From assembly GCA_038131955.1 (NCBI GenBank), contig JAYPQK010000002.1, positions 267,851 through 331,850 of the forward strand: a stretch of DNA of 64,000 nt, given 5' to 3'. Source of the stretch: Flavobacteriales bacterium (GTDB lineage Bacteria > Bacteroidota > Bacteroidia > Flavobacteriales_G > Salibacteraceae). The number at the start of each line of letters is the position of its first letter. Within the stretch, counting starts at the first letter, position 1. This document shows, in pieces, positions 18,485-27,026 of the stretch. Position numbers and translations under genes: made by a program. A model generated the notes under the pieces. The model had not been told where the DNA came from and did not search any database. It was given only the letters and a program-made list of their open reading frames with translations.

Positions 18485-19726
18485 TCAGCTGCGCTCTTCC
18501 CAGATGCACGCCAGATTAACCAAGGTCTCGACGGCTTTCTCCATATCCTGTACGCTCGCCCACTCCATTTTGCTGTGAAAACTGTGTTCGCCGGCAAAGA
18601 TGTTCGGGCAAGGTAGACCCATGAATGAAAGCTTTGATCCATCGGTTCCACCTCGAATGCTGCCAATACGAGGCTTTAACCCGGCTCGGGTAATGGCCTC
18701 GATCGCGTACTCAGAGACTTGCGGAAACTCGTTGATGACATTCTTCATGTTTCGGTACTGCTCGGTCACGTCAAAGCTGTACGTCGATTTGGGGAACCGC
18801 TTCATGGTCTGGATCAACAGATTCTCCAGCTGACGTTCGTATTCCTTGAGCTTGGCATCCTCAAATGATCGGATGATGAAGGTAATCTCAGCTTTCTCGA
18901 TCCCTGCCTTCAGCTCATAAGGGTGCACAAATCCTTCTCGGCCATCGGTCGTCTCCGGAGACCATGTATCCTTCGGCAAGGACGCGATGAACTCGGACGC
19001 TGCTTTTACCGCACTTTCCAACTTATCCTTAGCAAAGCCAGGGTGAAAATTGACTCCATTGATGGTCACCTTGACCATATCCGCGCTGAAGGTTTCGTCT
19101 TCGAATGAACCCAACGCCTCTCCATCCACTGTATAACCAAAATCTGCCCCGAGCTTCTTGACATCGACCTTGTCAGCGCCTCGACCGATCTCCTCGTCTG
19201 GAGTGAATAGAATGCGGAGCGCTCCGTGTTTCACTTCGGGGTGATTCTGAAAGTAGTTGACCATATCCATGATCGCTGCCACTCCTGCCTTGTTATCAGC
19301 CCCGAGCAGGGTAGTTCCGCTCGCGGTGATGATGTCGTTCCCGATCTTGGTCTTCAACTCAGGATGAGCTTCGGGGTCGATCTTGACCCTGGGGTCGTCA
19401 GGCAAAGAGATCACTCCACCCTGATAGTTCTTGTGAATGATGGGCTTCACTCCTTTCCCGCTGCTTTCCGGTGAAGTATCCACGTGGGAGCAATAACAGA
19501 TCACAGGGACGTCTTTCTCCGAGCTAGAAGGCAGCGTGGCGTAGACATAGCCGTGCTCATCCATCTCTGCATCTGCCATGCCCATTTCCTTGAGCTCATC
19601 AACCAGTAAGCGGCTCAGGTCTTTCTGCTTCTCGGTGGAAGGTGTGGTCTCTGAGTGCGGATCAGACTGGGTGTCGATCTGGACGTAACGCAGGAAGCGT
19701 TCAAGGGCGGTAAAGTTGTAATTCAT
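18485..19726 (-). CDS. pepT: peptidase T (tripeptide aminopeptidase, M20B)
   Basis: ALERFLRYVQIDTQSDPHS...PSTEKQKDL...CYCSHVDTSPE...GADNKAGVAAIM. Full length is 413 aa. Confidence 0.95.
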   Translation of the reverse strand: MNYNFTALERFLRYVQIDTQSDPHSETTPSTEKQKDLSRLLVDELKEMGMADAEMDEHGYVYATLPSSSEKDVPVICYCSHVDTSPESSGKGVKPIIHKNYQGGVISLPDDPRVKIDPEAHPELKTKIGNDIITASGTTLLGADNKAGVAAIMDMVNYFQNHPEVKHGALRILFTPDEEIGRGADKVDVKKLGADFGYTVDGEALGSFEDETFSADMVKVTINGVNFHPGFAKDKLESAVKAASEFIASLPKDTWSPETTDGREGFVHPYELKAGIEKAEITFIIRSFEDAKLKEYERQLENLLIQTMKRFPKSTYSFDVTEQYRNMKNVINEFPQVSEYAIEAITRAGLKPRIGSIRGGTDGSKLSFMGLPCPNIFAGEHSFHSKMEWASVQDMEKAVETLVNLACIWEERS

Positions 19727-19776
19727 CGGTTATCTCCTTTGGGCAACCAAAGGTAGGCACGCAGTTTGTTACTTTC

Positions 19777-20280
19777 ATGGTCATGAGCAGAAGCATCATC
19801 AGTACTCTCACGATCATTCTCGCCCTTACCGGGATAATGAATGCTCAGTCTCCGCCGCCTGAAAAACTCCCCTTCAATCGAGTCCAATACTACGTGGGAT
19901 CTCCCGACCGTGACTACGATGACGCTTATCTCTACTTCAAGTATTCTGGCGCACCGGAAATGCTGCTGGAGGAAATGGAAAAGGCCCACCAAACCCCGAT
20001 TGCCTATAACACTACTCTCGGTTGCTACGAGATAAAATACGTAGCCGAACCTCACTGGTACTACATGTCTTACCGCATTCGGCTTGATTATACCGATGAA
20101 GGCATCTATAAGATGTGGGCACAGTACGAATTCGACGAACTTGTAAACCCTCACACAACAGAGTTTGACAACGGATACATCATCCACGACATCTCGATGG
20201 ATTGGATCGGCTTATACCAAGGCATCGTGGATCGAGCCATGGAGAGGAGCCTGGAGGGGGGGATAGTTCAAGAAGATTAG
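19777..20280 (+). CDS. hypothetical secreted protein
   Basis: Signal peptide IISTLTIILALTGIMNAQ. 167 aa. Divergent from pepT. Confidence 0.6.
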   Translation: MVMSRSIISTLTIILALTGIMNAQSPPPEKLPFNRVQYYVGSPDRDYDDAYLYFKYSGAPEMLLEEMEKAHQTPIAYNTTLGCYEIKYVAEPHWYYMSYRIRLDYTDEGIYKMWAQYEFDELVNPHTTEFDNGYIIHDISMDWIGLYQGIVDRAMERSLEGGIVQED

Positions 20281-20458
20281 AACATCGAGATTAGTGGGAG
20301 GTAAACACTGATCAACCTACGATCAACTTGGATTTGGGCGCCTCTAGCTGGCAGCTAGACCGCGCTATTCGCTGTATCTCTTCCTCTCTTTGATCGTCAG
20401 AGGATGCCACTTCTATCGCTGGCGCGGAAAGAGATTAATGATTGATGAGTATTCTCGA

Positions 20459-20537
20459 GTCAGTCTGAGCGTAGTCGAGGACGACGTTTGGGTGGCCCAA
20501 GTTGAATAGCTCGCCCCTCGACTCCGCTCGGGGTGAC
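20459..20537. repeat. imperfect inverted repeat (REP/MITE-like) in a convergent intergenic region
   Basis: GTCAGTCTGAGCGTAGTCGAGGACG (20459-20483) and the reverse complement of CGCCCCTCGACTCCGCTCGGGGTGAC (20512-20537) share the core GAGCGNAGTCGAGG. They are 28 nt apart and could pair as a hairpin. Confidence 0.6.
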
Positions 20538-20646
20538 CCTCACATGCATTCGGGCAAGCAGTCAGAAAACCACTCCAAACTGTTCACTGATCCCTAGAGA
20601 GAAATTTCAATAAAAGGCTTGTGACTTGCGACTTACTACTAGTAAC

Positions 20647-21525
20647 TCACACATGTTTCTCCGCGTGGTAGCTACTGCGCACTAGCGGTCCGCTCTCCAC
20701 GTGCTCGATGCCCGAGGCTTCACCAAGCTCTTTGTAGCGCTGGAACTGCTCGGGTGTCACCCATTCGTGAACAGGCAGGTGCTTCTTGCTGGGTTGTAAA
20801 TACTGTCCAATTGTAACCACCGATACTCCTTGAGCATGCAGGTCTTTGAGGGTTTGCACTACCTCTTCCTCGGTTTCTCCTAGACCGACCATGATACCGC
20901 TCTTGGTGCGTTCGATGCCGCCTTCCTTCAGGCGCTTGAGCACTTCCATGCTTCGCCAGTACTTGGCTTGGATACGCACTTTTTTGGTGATGCGCTCCAC
21001 CGTTTCGATGTTGTGCGACACCACTTCCGGTTTCACTTCGAGGATCGGATCGAGGTTTTCCCACTCCCCTTTGAAGTCAGGGATCAGCGTCTCTATGGTC
21101 ACTCCTGGGTTCTTCTTACGGATCATCTCTACCGTCTTCTTCCAGTGATTCGCTCCACCGTCAGGAAGGTCATCGCGATCCACAGAGGTGATCACCGCGT
21201 GCTTGAGTCCCATTACTCGAATACTCTCCGCTACCTTGGCTGGTTCGAAGATGTCGACCTCTTCCCCTGCTCCAGTTGCCACATTACAGAACTGACAACT
21301 TCGAGTACAGGTATTACCTAAGATCATAAAGGTGGCCGTTCCCGCACTCCAGCATTCGCTTTGATTTGGACACTTACCACTTGAGCAGATCGTATGGAGG
21401 TTTCGTTCTTCCACCACCTCTTTGACCTTCAGGTATTCCTTTCCACCAGGAATCTTCACTTTGAGCCACTTCGGCTTGCGAAGTTTGACATCCTGGTCTT
21501 CTTTATTCTTGAGGAGATTTGGCAT
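20647..21525 (-). CDS. lipA: lipoyl synthase
   Basis: It has the radical-SAM motif [10 protein letters not shown] plus the N-terminal auxiliary-cluster cysteines ([12 protein letters not shown]). 292 aa. Confidence 0.97.
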   Translation of the reverse strand: MPNLLKNKEDQDVKLRKPKWLKVKIPGGKEYLKVKEVVEERNLHTICSSGKCPNQSECWSAGTATFMILGNTCTRSCQFCNVATGAGEEVDIFEPAKVAESIRVMGLKHAVITSVDRDDLPDGGANHWKKTVEMIRKKNPGVTIETLIPDFKGEWENLDPILEVKPEVVSHNIETVERITKKVRIQAKYWRSMEVLKRLKEGGIERTKSGIMVGLGETEEEVVQTLKDLHAQGVSVVTIGQYLQPSKKHLPVHEWVTPEQFQRYKELGEASGIEHVESGPLVRSSYHAEKHV

Positions 21526-21538
21526 CCTTGTTCTTTAT

Positions 21539-22825
21539 TTATGCTCCAGCTACGTGTTCTTGGATCGTCTTCTTGATGATGTCCACACAGTCCATCAATT
21601 GATCTTCAATCATTACCAACGGAGGCGCAAAGCGAATGATGTTACCATGCGTAGGCTTTGCCAACAGTCCATTGTCTTTCAGTCTAACGCAAATGTCCCA
21701 GGCGGTTGAACTCTCAGGGTCATCGTTGATCACCACGGCATTCAACAGCCCTCGTCCACGAACTAGCTTGAGGATATCAAACTCCTCTACGAGCTTATTC
21801 ATCTCTGAGCGGAACATTTCGCCCAACTTACGGGCATTCTGGGCCAGCTTTTCATCTTGAATCACCCTCAAGGCTTCAATGGCTACAGCTGCTGCCACCG
21901 GATTACCTCCAAAGGTGCTTCCATGTTGTCCTGGCTTGATCACGTTCATGATCGCATCGTCAGCCAACACAACCGAAACCGGATAAGCTCCTCCACTGAG
22001 TGCCTTACCCAAGATCAAGACATCAGGTCGTGTGTAGGTCGCCGCTTGTCGCTCGCAATGTTCTTCACAGGTGCACTTTCCACAAACGGCAAGGAGAGCT
22101 CCCGTCCGGGCGATACCCGTTTGGATCTCATCTGCGATGAGTAATACATCATGCTTCGCGCACACTTCCTTCGCTCTGCGGATATAATCATCGCTCGGCG
22201 TGTTGACACCAGCTTCACCTTGGATCGGCTCTACCAAGAAGGCCACTACTCCCTCTTGCTGGATCGCGGCGTCTAGCGCTTCAATATCATTGTAAGGGAT
22301 GGCATGAAAACCTCCGGTATAAGGACCAAAGTTCTTCCGAGCATCTTCATCATTTGAGAATGAGATGATGGTGGTAGTACGACCGTGGAAGTTATCGTTC
22401 GCCACGATGATCTTGGCTTCATTCTCAGGAATACCTCGTTTCTCATATCCATACTTACGGACCAACTTGATCGCCGTCTCTACGGCCTCTGCTCCTGAGT
22501 TCATTGGGAGCACCTTATCAAACTTGAAGTAATCGGTGATGAATTGTTCGTATTCACCCAATCGTGAGTTGTAGAACGCTCGGCTGGTCAAGGTCAGGCG
22601 CTGCGCCTGTTCCGTCATGGCCCCAACGATACGTGGGTGGCAGTGACCTTGGTTCACCGCTGAGTAAGCAGAAAGGAAGTCGTAGTACTGCTTTCCTTCC
22701 ACATCCCAAACAAACACTCCCTCTCCTCGATCAAGCACCACGGGAAGTGGGTGATAATTATGTGCACCGTGCTTATCTTCTAGCGCGATAGCCTCTTCTG
22801 AGCTGATCTGAGAAATAGAGTTCAT
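21539..22825 (-). CDS. rocD: ornithine--oxo-acid aminotransferase (class III PLP)
   Basis: HGAHNYHPLPVVLDRGEGVFVWDVEGKQYYDFLSAYSAVNQGHCHPRIV and ADEIQTG...LGKALSGG. I start at the internal ATG (MNSISQ..., 22825) because the longer track ORF (22891) would overlap the divergent neighbour. Confidence 0.9.
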   Translation of the reverse strand: MNSISQISSEEAIALEDKHGAHNYHPLPVVLDRGEGVFVWDVEGKQYYDFLSAYSAVNQGHCHPRIVGAMTEQAQRLTLTSRAFYNSRLGEYEQFITDYFKFDKVLPMNSGAEAVETAIKLVRKYGYEKRGIPENEAKIIVANDNFHGRTTTIISFSNDEDARKNFGPYTGGFHAIPYNDIEALDAAIQQEGVVAFLVEPIQGEAGVNTPSDDYIRRAKEVCAKHDVLLIADEIQTGIARTGALLAVCGKCTCEEHCERQAATYTRPDVLILGKALSGGAYPVSVVLADDAIMNVIKPGQHGSTFGGNPVAAAVAIEALRVIQDEKLAQNARKLGEMFRSEMNKLVEEFDILKLVRGRGLLNAVVINDDPESSTAWDICVRLKDNGLLAKPTHGNIIRFAPPLVMIEDQLMDCVDIIKKTIQEHVAGA

Positions 22826-22922
22826 AAGCGTCGTTTTTGAATTCGTCGCCAAAGATACAGGTTGGTTTAGGGAGACAATGAAATCTGCCATTGTTTACCT
22901 TGGTCAATCTAACACCTATTAT

Positions 22923-23324
22923 ATGAGACTGTTTAGCATCCTATTTCTGATTACCGTATTCACAGGACCTTCCTTTGCCCAGCGCTTTGCACACATAGCA
23001 GATCAATTACCCGATGGCGAATACGAGAACATTCATGTAAAGAAGCTCGACGACGACCCATTGACGACAACCTACCTTATATGGGTAAAGGAAACCGTAA
23101 GAGAACACCATCACGCGGAGCACACCGAAGTGGTCTATGTCTTCGAAGGTGAAGGTTTGATGACCTTAGGAGAACAAGAACAAAAGATCGGTCCGGGCGA
23201 TTATGTCTTCATTCCGAAAGGCACACTCCATTCCGTTCAGGTTTTGAGTGATGAACCCATGAAGGTGATGAGCATTCAAACTCCACAATTCGATGGGTCG
23301 GACAGAATCTTCTCAGACCAATAA
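22923..23324 (+). CDS. cupin-domain protein, probably exported
   Basis: HHHAEHTEVVYVFEGEGLMTLG....GPGDYVFIPKGTLHSV is a cupin_2 motif pair. The signal peptide MRLFSILFLITVFTGPSFAQ follows from the ATG at 22923. Confidence 0.75.
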   Translation: MRLFSILFLITVFTGPSFAQRFAHIADQLPDGEYENIHVKKLDDDPLTTTYLIWVKETVREHHHAEHTEVVYVFEGEGLMTLGEQEQKIGPGDYVFIPKGTLHSVQVLSDEPMKVMSIQTPQFDGSDRIFSDQ

Positions 23325-23378
23325 TGACGCGGTTTTCCACAATTTGAGAGGTTCGTTGTCCTGAAAAGAGCTAAAAAA

Positions 23379-23418
23379 GGGGTGCACTTATTAACAAAGG
23401 GGTGCATTTATCAACAAA
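23379..23418. repeat. tandem 20-bp direct repeat (2 copies, 18/20 identical) upstream of the HU gene
   Basis: GGGGTGCACTTATTAACAAA (23379-23398) is followed immediately by GGGGTGCATTTATCAACAAA (23399-23418). This lies about 90 nt upstream of the hup ATG. Confidence 0.7.
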
Positions 23419-23506
23419 ACGTGCTAAAACGCTTGCAGTCTCTAAGGTTGCGACTAATATTTGTCCCCGACGAAACAAATTGTTTAACCTAAAAAACCAT
23501 TTTAAC

Positions 23507-23779
23507 ATGAACAAAGCTGAATTGATTGAAGCTATGGCTAATGGAGCCGGAATTTCTAAGGCTGATGCTAAAAAAGCATTGGATGCATTCATCGACACTA
23601 CTACTGGAGCTCTTAAGAAGGGTAACCGTGTAGCACTCGTTGGATTCGGTTCTTTCTCTGTTTCTAAGCGCTCTGCTCGCACTGGTCGTAACCCACAGAC
23701 TGGTAAGGAAATCAAAATCGCTGCTAAGAACGTTGTTAAGTTCAAGGCAGGAGCTGACCTAAGCGGTGCTGTAAACTAA
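23507..23779 (+). CDS. hup: HU-family DNA-binding protein
   Basis: [11 protein letters not shown]...[13 protein letters not shown]...[44 protein letters not shown]. 90 aa from the ATG at 23507. Confidence 0.95.
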   Translation: MNKAELIEAMANGAGISKADAKKALDAFIDTTTGALKKGNRVALVGFGSFSVSKRSARTGRNPQTGKEIKIAAKNVVKFKAGADLSGAVN

Positions 23780-23801
23780 GAATTGCCAAAAGCATTTCGA
23801 A

Positions 23802-23836
23802 GGGCCACTCGACGTTAGTCGGACGGCCCTTTTTTT
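23802..23836 (+). terminator. rho-independent terminator after hup
   Basis: GGGCCACTCGAC-GTTA-GTCGGACGGCCC forms an imperfect GC-rich hairpin, followed by a T7 run. Confidence 0.75.
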
Positions 23837-23865
23837 ATGTCCAAAAGTCAGTCTCTGTGGATTTC

Positions 23866-23873
23866 TATATTTG
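23866..23873 (+). promoter_or_regulatory. candidate Bacteroidota -7 promoter element (TAnnTTTG) for the THX gene
   Basis: TATATTTG is an exact match to TAnnTTTG. It lies 25 nt upstream of the ATG at 23898. Confidence 0.4.
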
Positions 23874-23897
23874 CTCAACACACAAACTGCATAGAGC

Positions 23898-24179
23898 ATG
23901 GGAAAAGGAGATAAAAAGAGTGCAAGAGGAAAACGCTTCTCAGGAAGCTATGGCAAAACCCGTCAAAAGAATAAGAAGGTAAGACACACTTCAAAGGTTA
24001 TGCAGCCTGCAGCCGAAGCGAAGGAAGAAAAGCCAAAAAAGGCAGCAGCCAAGAAGACCGCTACTACCAAGAAAACGACAGCGGCTAAAAAGACTACCGC
24101 CGCAAAAAAGCCAGCAGCAAAAAAGCCGGCAGCAAAAAAGCCGGCAGCAAAGAAGACCGCCGCGAAGAAGGCGGAGTAA
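23898..24179 (+). CDS. 30S ribosomal protein THX with a C-terminal lysine/alanine-rich histone-H1-like extension
   Basis: The N-terminus MGKGDKKSARGKRFSGSYGKTRQKNKK matches the THX signature. The remaining ~55 aa are AAKK/PAAKK repeats, encoded in part by three tandem 15-nt units at 24105-24149. Confidence 0.8.
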   Translation: MGKGDKKSARGKRFSGSYGKTRQKNKKVRHTSKVMQPAAEAKEEKPKKAAAKKTATTKKTTAAKKTTAAKKPAAKKPAAKKPAAKKTAAKKAE

Positions 24180-24193
24180 ACACATCTTCTCTT

Positions 24194-24826
24194 CTAGGGA
24201 AATAGCCTCTTGACCACCCACCCTTCGGATGTGGGTTCATACATGATACGATCATGCAAGCGGCTGGCTCGTCCTTGCCAAAATTCAAAGTAATTGGGCT
24301 CGATCAAATACCCACCCCAATGTGGTGGACGTGGTACCTCCTGCCCTTCAAACTTTGATTGAAATTCCTCCAATCTTTTCTCGAGTTGATCACGGCTGGT
24401 CATCTCTTCACTCTGAATACTAGCCCACGCGCCGATCTGACTCTCTCTCGGACGCGTATTGAAATAAGCATCGCTCTCAGATTCAGAAAGTTTCTTAGCC
24501 ATACCACGCACGCGTACCTGGCGCTCTAGCGCTGGCCAGAAGAAGTTCACCCCCACCTTCGGGTTGTTCGCGATCTCTGATCCTTTAGCACTTTCGTAGT
24601 TCGTGTAAAACACCAAGCCTCGCTGGTCTAGCTGACGGATGAGCACTACCCTGCTCTCAGGAAAGCCTTCGGCATTTACCGTATTCAGCGTCATGGCATT
24701 GGCGTCAACACTGTCCTGGAGAGCCTCCTTCAACCACTGATCCAACATCTCAATTGGGTCGGTCAAGCAATCGGCCTCTTCCAAGGTGTGTTTTACATAG
24801 TCTTTTCTTACCGCTTCGTAGCTCAT
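24194..24826 (-). CDS. pdxH: pyridoxamine 5'-phosphate oxidase
   Basis: RVVLIRQLDQRGLVFYTNYESAKG...FFWPALERQVRVRG...FEFWQGRASRLHDRIMY. 210 aa. Confidence 0.95.
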   Translation of the reverse strand: MSYEAVRKDYVKHTLEEADCLTDPIEMLDQWLKEALQDSVDANAMTLNTVNAEGFPESRVVLIRQLDQRGLVFYTNYESAKGSEIANNPKVGVNFFWPALERQVRVRGMAKKLSESESDAYFNTRPRESQIGAWASIQSEEMTSRDQLEKRLEEFQSKFEGQEVPRPPHWGGYLIEPNYFEFWQGRASRLHDRIMYEPTSEGWVVKRLFP

Positions 24827-24830
24827 ATGC

Positions 24831-26216
24831 TTATTCTTTAGGTCGATCCGCTATTACAAACAAGGCTCCTTCGTCTCTGTTTTCCAAGATATCTCCTGGT
24901 TTTACAGTATAGCCCACATGATGAATGTCACGCACCTCCATTCCCGCCTCTTCTAACAGAGAAGTGATCTCATTTTCAGAGAAGTAATGTAAGAACGCGG
25001 TGGCCTGACCGCCTGTCTTCCTATAAAAGACATCCCCACGCTCGTAGCCCATCTCCTTGAGGTTCAACTTCTCGTAGAGCTTGACCGCTTGGGGGCCCCA
25101 TTCATTCTTATCAGCCACGTTGAAAACATCCAGATACACCGTGCCACCAGGTGTCAAATGATCGTGGATCTTCTTCAATCCTTCCACACGATCTATGCGT
25201 GAAGAAACGTGTCCGAATGCGTAGAGAAATGTAATGGCATCAAACGACCGATCTCCGAGATCAGCATCCAGCCACTTATTACAATACGTGGTGAGCCCTC
25301 GAGACGCAGCAATGTCGCACATCTCACTGGAAAGGTCCACGCCATATAGTCCATAATCCTTCGATGCCATTCTTTGTATCCGCTCCGCTCGCCTACCCGT
25401 TCCGCAAGCAATGCTCAGCACGGAGGTCACTTCGTCCTTTTCTGCCAGGTCCTGAGCGATCAGTTCATTCACCGCCTTGGTGTACTTGCTTCTCGAACTA
25501 TGGGTGGTATCAAAATGATCATAGTTGTGGGCCTGTTCGGCATAGTAATCTGCGATCAAGCTCTCGATCACTTCTGGCTCCGGCTTCGGGAGGACCGGAT
25601 GAACCTTATGACTTGGTGCATCGTCGCGCTCGGCCAAAGGGATGTATGAAAATCCATCCTCCTTGATCGAAGCAAAATGTTCTTCCGGCTCTTCCCACGA
25701 GGCGGTCTGTGCCTCAGCATTCAACACGCCAATTCTCCCTTCTTCTAGATCGAAGATCTTCATCCCATCAAAATCTTGAAGGGCCGGACAGTAAAAGTGA
25801 GCCGTTATAGCCACCTTATCCGATGGATTCTTAAGCATATGGATCACGCCATCCTCCTCGCGAATCAGTCCGCCCGGAAGTCCACGTTCAGAAATAGACT
25901 CCCGAAGAACATCACCATCCAATCGATAGCTGACATTGTCCAATTCGCCTTCCAGCACGGCCACCACTCCCCAAAAACCAACGTGATGGTGTACTGCCGA
26001 TGCTATACCTGGAGGCCAGGCCAAGATCACCACTTCCATAGGATCCATCATGAGGATATTCCTTGCATAGTTCTTCTGATCCTCGATTACCGGTGCGATA
26101 GCGGCATGATCCAATCGAGACAGATCAAAGCCTAGCAGTAGGTCGTATAGTTGATCAAGGTTGAATGTAGTGTAGTCTTGTGCTTTGAGGGTGTCTAGTA
26201 TGCGTTCGATCTTCAC
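24831..26216 (-). CDS. fusion protein: cysteine-dioxygenase-type cupin (N-terminal) plus class I SAM methyltransferase (C-terminal)
   Basis: The N-terminal half has ILAWPPGIASAVHHHVGFWGVVAVLEGELDNVSY (a CDO-type-I-like cupin motif). The C-terminal half has VLSIACGTGRRAERI ... GGTVYLDVFN (methyltransferase motifs I and post-I). Confidence 0.8.
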   Translation of the reverse strand: MKIERILDTLKAQDYTTFNLDQLYDLLLGFDLSRLDHAAIAPVIEDQKNYARNILMMDPMEVVILAWPPGIASAVHHHVGFWGVVAVLEGELDNVSYRLDGDVLRESISERGLPGGLIREEDGVIHMLKNPSDKVAITAHFYCPALQDFDGMKIFDLEEGRIGVLNAEAQTASWEEPEEHFASIKEDGFSYIPLAERDDAPSHKVHPVLPKPEPEVIESLIADYYAEQAHNYDHFDTTHSSRSKYTKAVNELIAQDLAEKDEVTSVLSIACGTGRRAERIQRMASKDYGLYGVDLSSEMCDIAASRGLTTYCNKWLDADLGDRSFDAITFLYAFGHVSSRIDRVEGLKKIHDHLTPGGTVYLDVFNVADKNEWGPQAVKLYEKLNLKEMGYERGDVFYRKTGGQATAFLHYFSENEITSLLEEAGMEVRDIHHVGYTVKPGDILENRDEGALFVIADRPKE

Positions 26217-26357
26217 AGGGGTGGTGTTTTGCCTTGCTGACGAAGTTAATGATATCCCGTGGGGAGGACATGGTAGAACTCACCTCTAAAGCTGCTTTTC
26301 GTCTTATTCTTGATGACGTTTGGATTAACCGTACGGGTAATCTAATTTGCAGTCGCA

Positions 26358-26972
26358 ATGTTCAAACCTGACAACATAGAGAATGAGTTCTTCGTGAAGC
26401 TTGGCTTCAGTTTTTCCCCGGAAGAATTGAGCAAAGGCAAGGTGCTGATCTCTGAGCCGTTTTTGAACGACCCCAACTTCAATCGTTCTGTCATTCTCTT
26501 ACTTGAATACGATAAGGAAGACGGTGCCTTTGGTCTAGTGCTCAATAAGCCCACAGAGCTTTTCATGGACGACATCATCGAAGGATTCCCGCCACGGATC
26601 TTTCCGTTTCATTACGGAGGACCCGTGAATCCTGAAAACCTTTTCTACATCCATACACTAGGCGAAGCCGTAGAAGACTCCGTGCCCGTAATGGACGGAC
26701 TGTTTTGGAGCGGCAACTTTGAGCAAATCTCGGCCCTCGCCCAAAACAACACCGTAGATGATGTACAGGTGCGTTTCTTCGGAGGCTATTCCGGATGGTC
26801 TGCGGGTCAATTGGAGGGCGAACTCAAGGAACGCAGCTGGATCATGTGCGACCTTACTCGTGACGAGATCATGAATAGCAGTTCAGATGAAATGTGGCGC
26901 ACCAGTTTACGTAGTCTAGGAAAGAAGTTTTCCATCATGGCAGATTTCCCCGAGGACCCAGGATTGAACTAA
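26358..26972 (+). CDS. YqgE/AlgH-family (UPF0301) protein
   Basis: GKVLISEPFLNDPNFNRSVILLLEYDKEDGAFGLVLNKP ... FFGGYSGWSAGQLEGEL. Confidence 0.9.
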   Translation: MFKPDNIENEFFVKLGFSFSPEELSKGKVLISEPFLNDPNFNRSVILLLEYDKEDGAFGLVLNKPTELFMDDIIEGFPPRIFPFHYGGPVNPENLFYIHTLGEAVEDSVPVMDGLFWSGNFEQISALAQNNTVDDVQVRFFGGYSGWSAGQLEGELKERSWIMCDLTRDEIMNSSSDEMWRTSLRSLGKKFSIMADFPEDPGLN

Positions 26973-26984
26973 GCACCTCCCAGT

Positions 26985-27019
26985 CTTTCTTCTTTCTTCT
27001 TTCTTCTTTCTTCTTTCCT
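26985..27019. repeat. heptanucleotide microsatellite (CTTTCTT)4 plus one degenerate unit
   Basis: CTTTCTT CTTTCTT CTTTCTT CTTTCTT CTTTCCT sits in the 54-nt spacer between two convergent stop codons. Confidence 0.9.
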
Positions 27020-27026
27020 CTATCTC

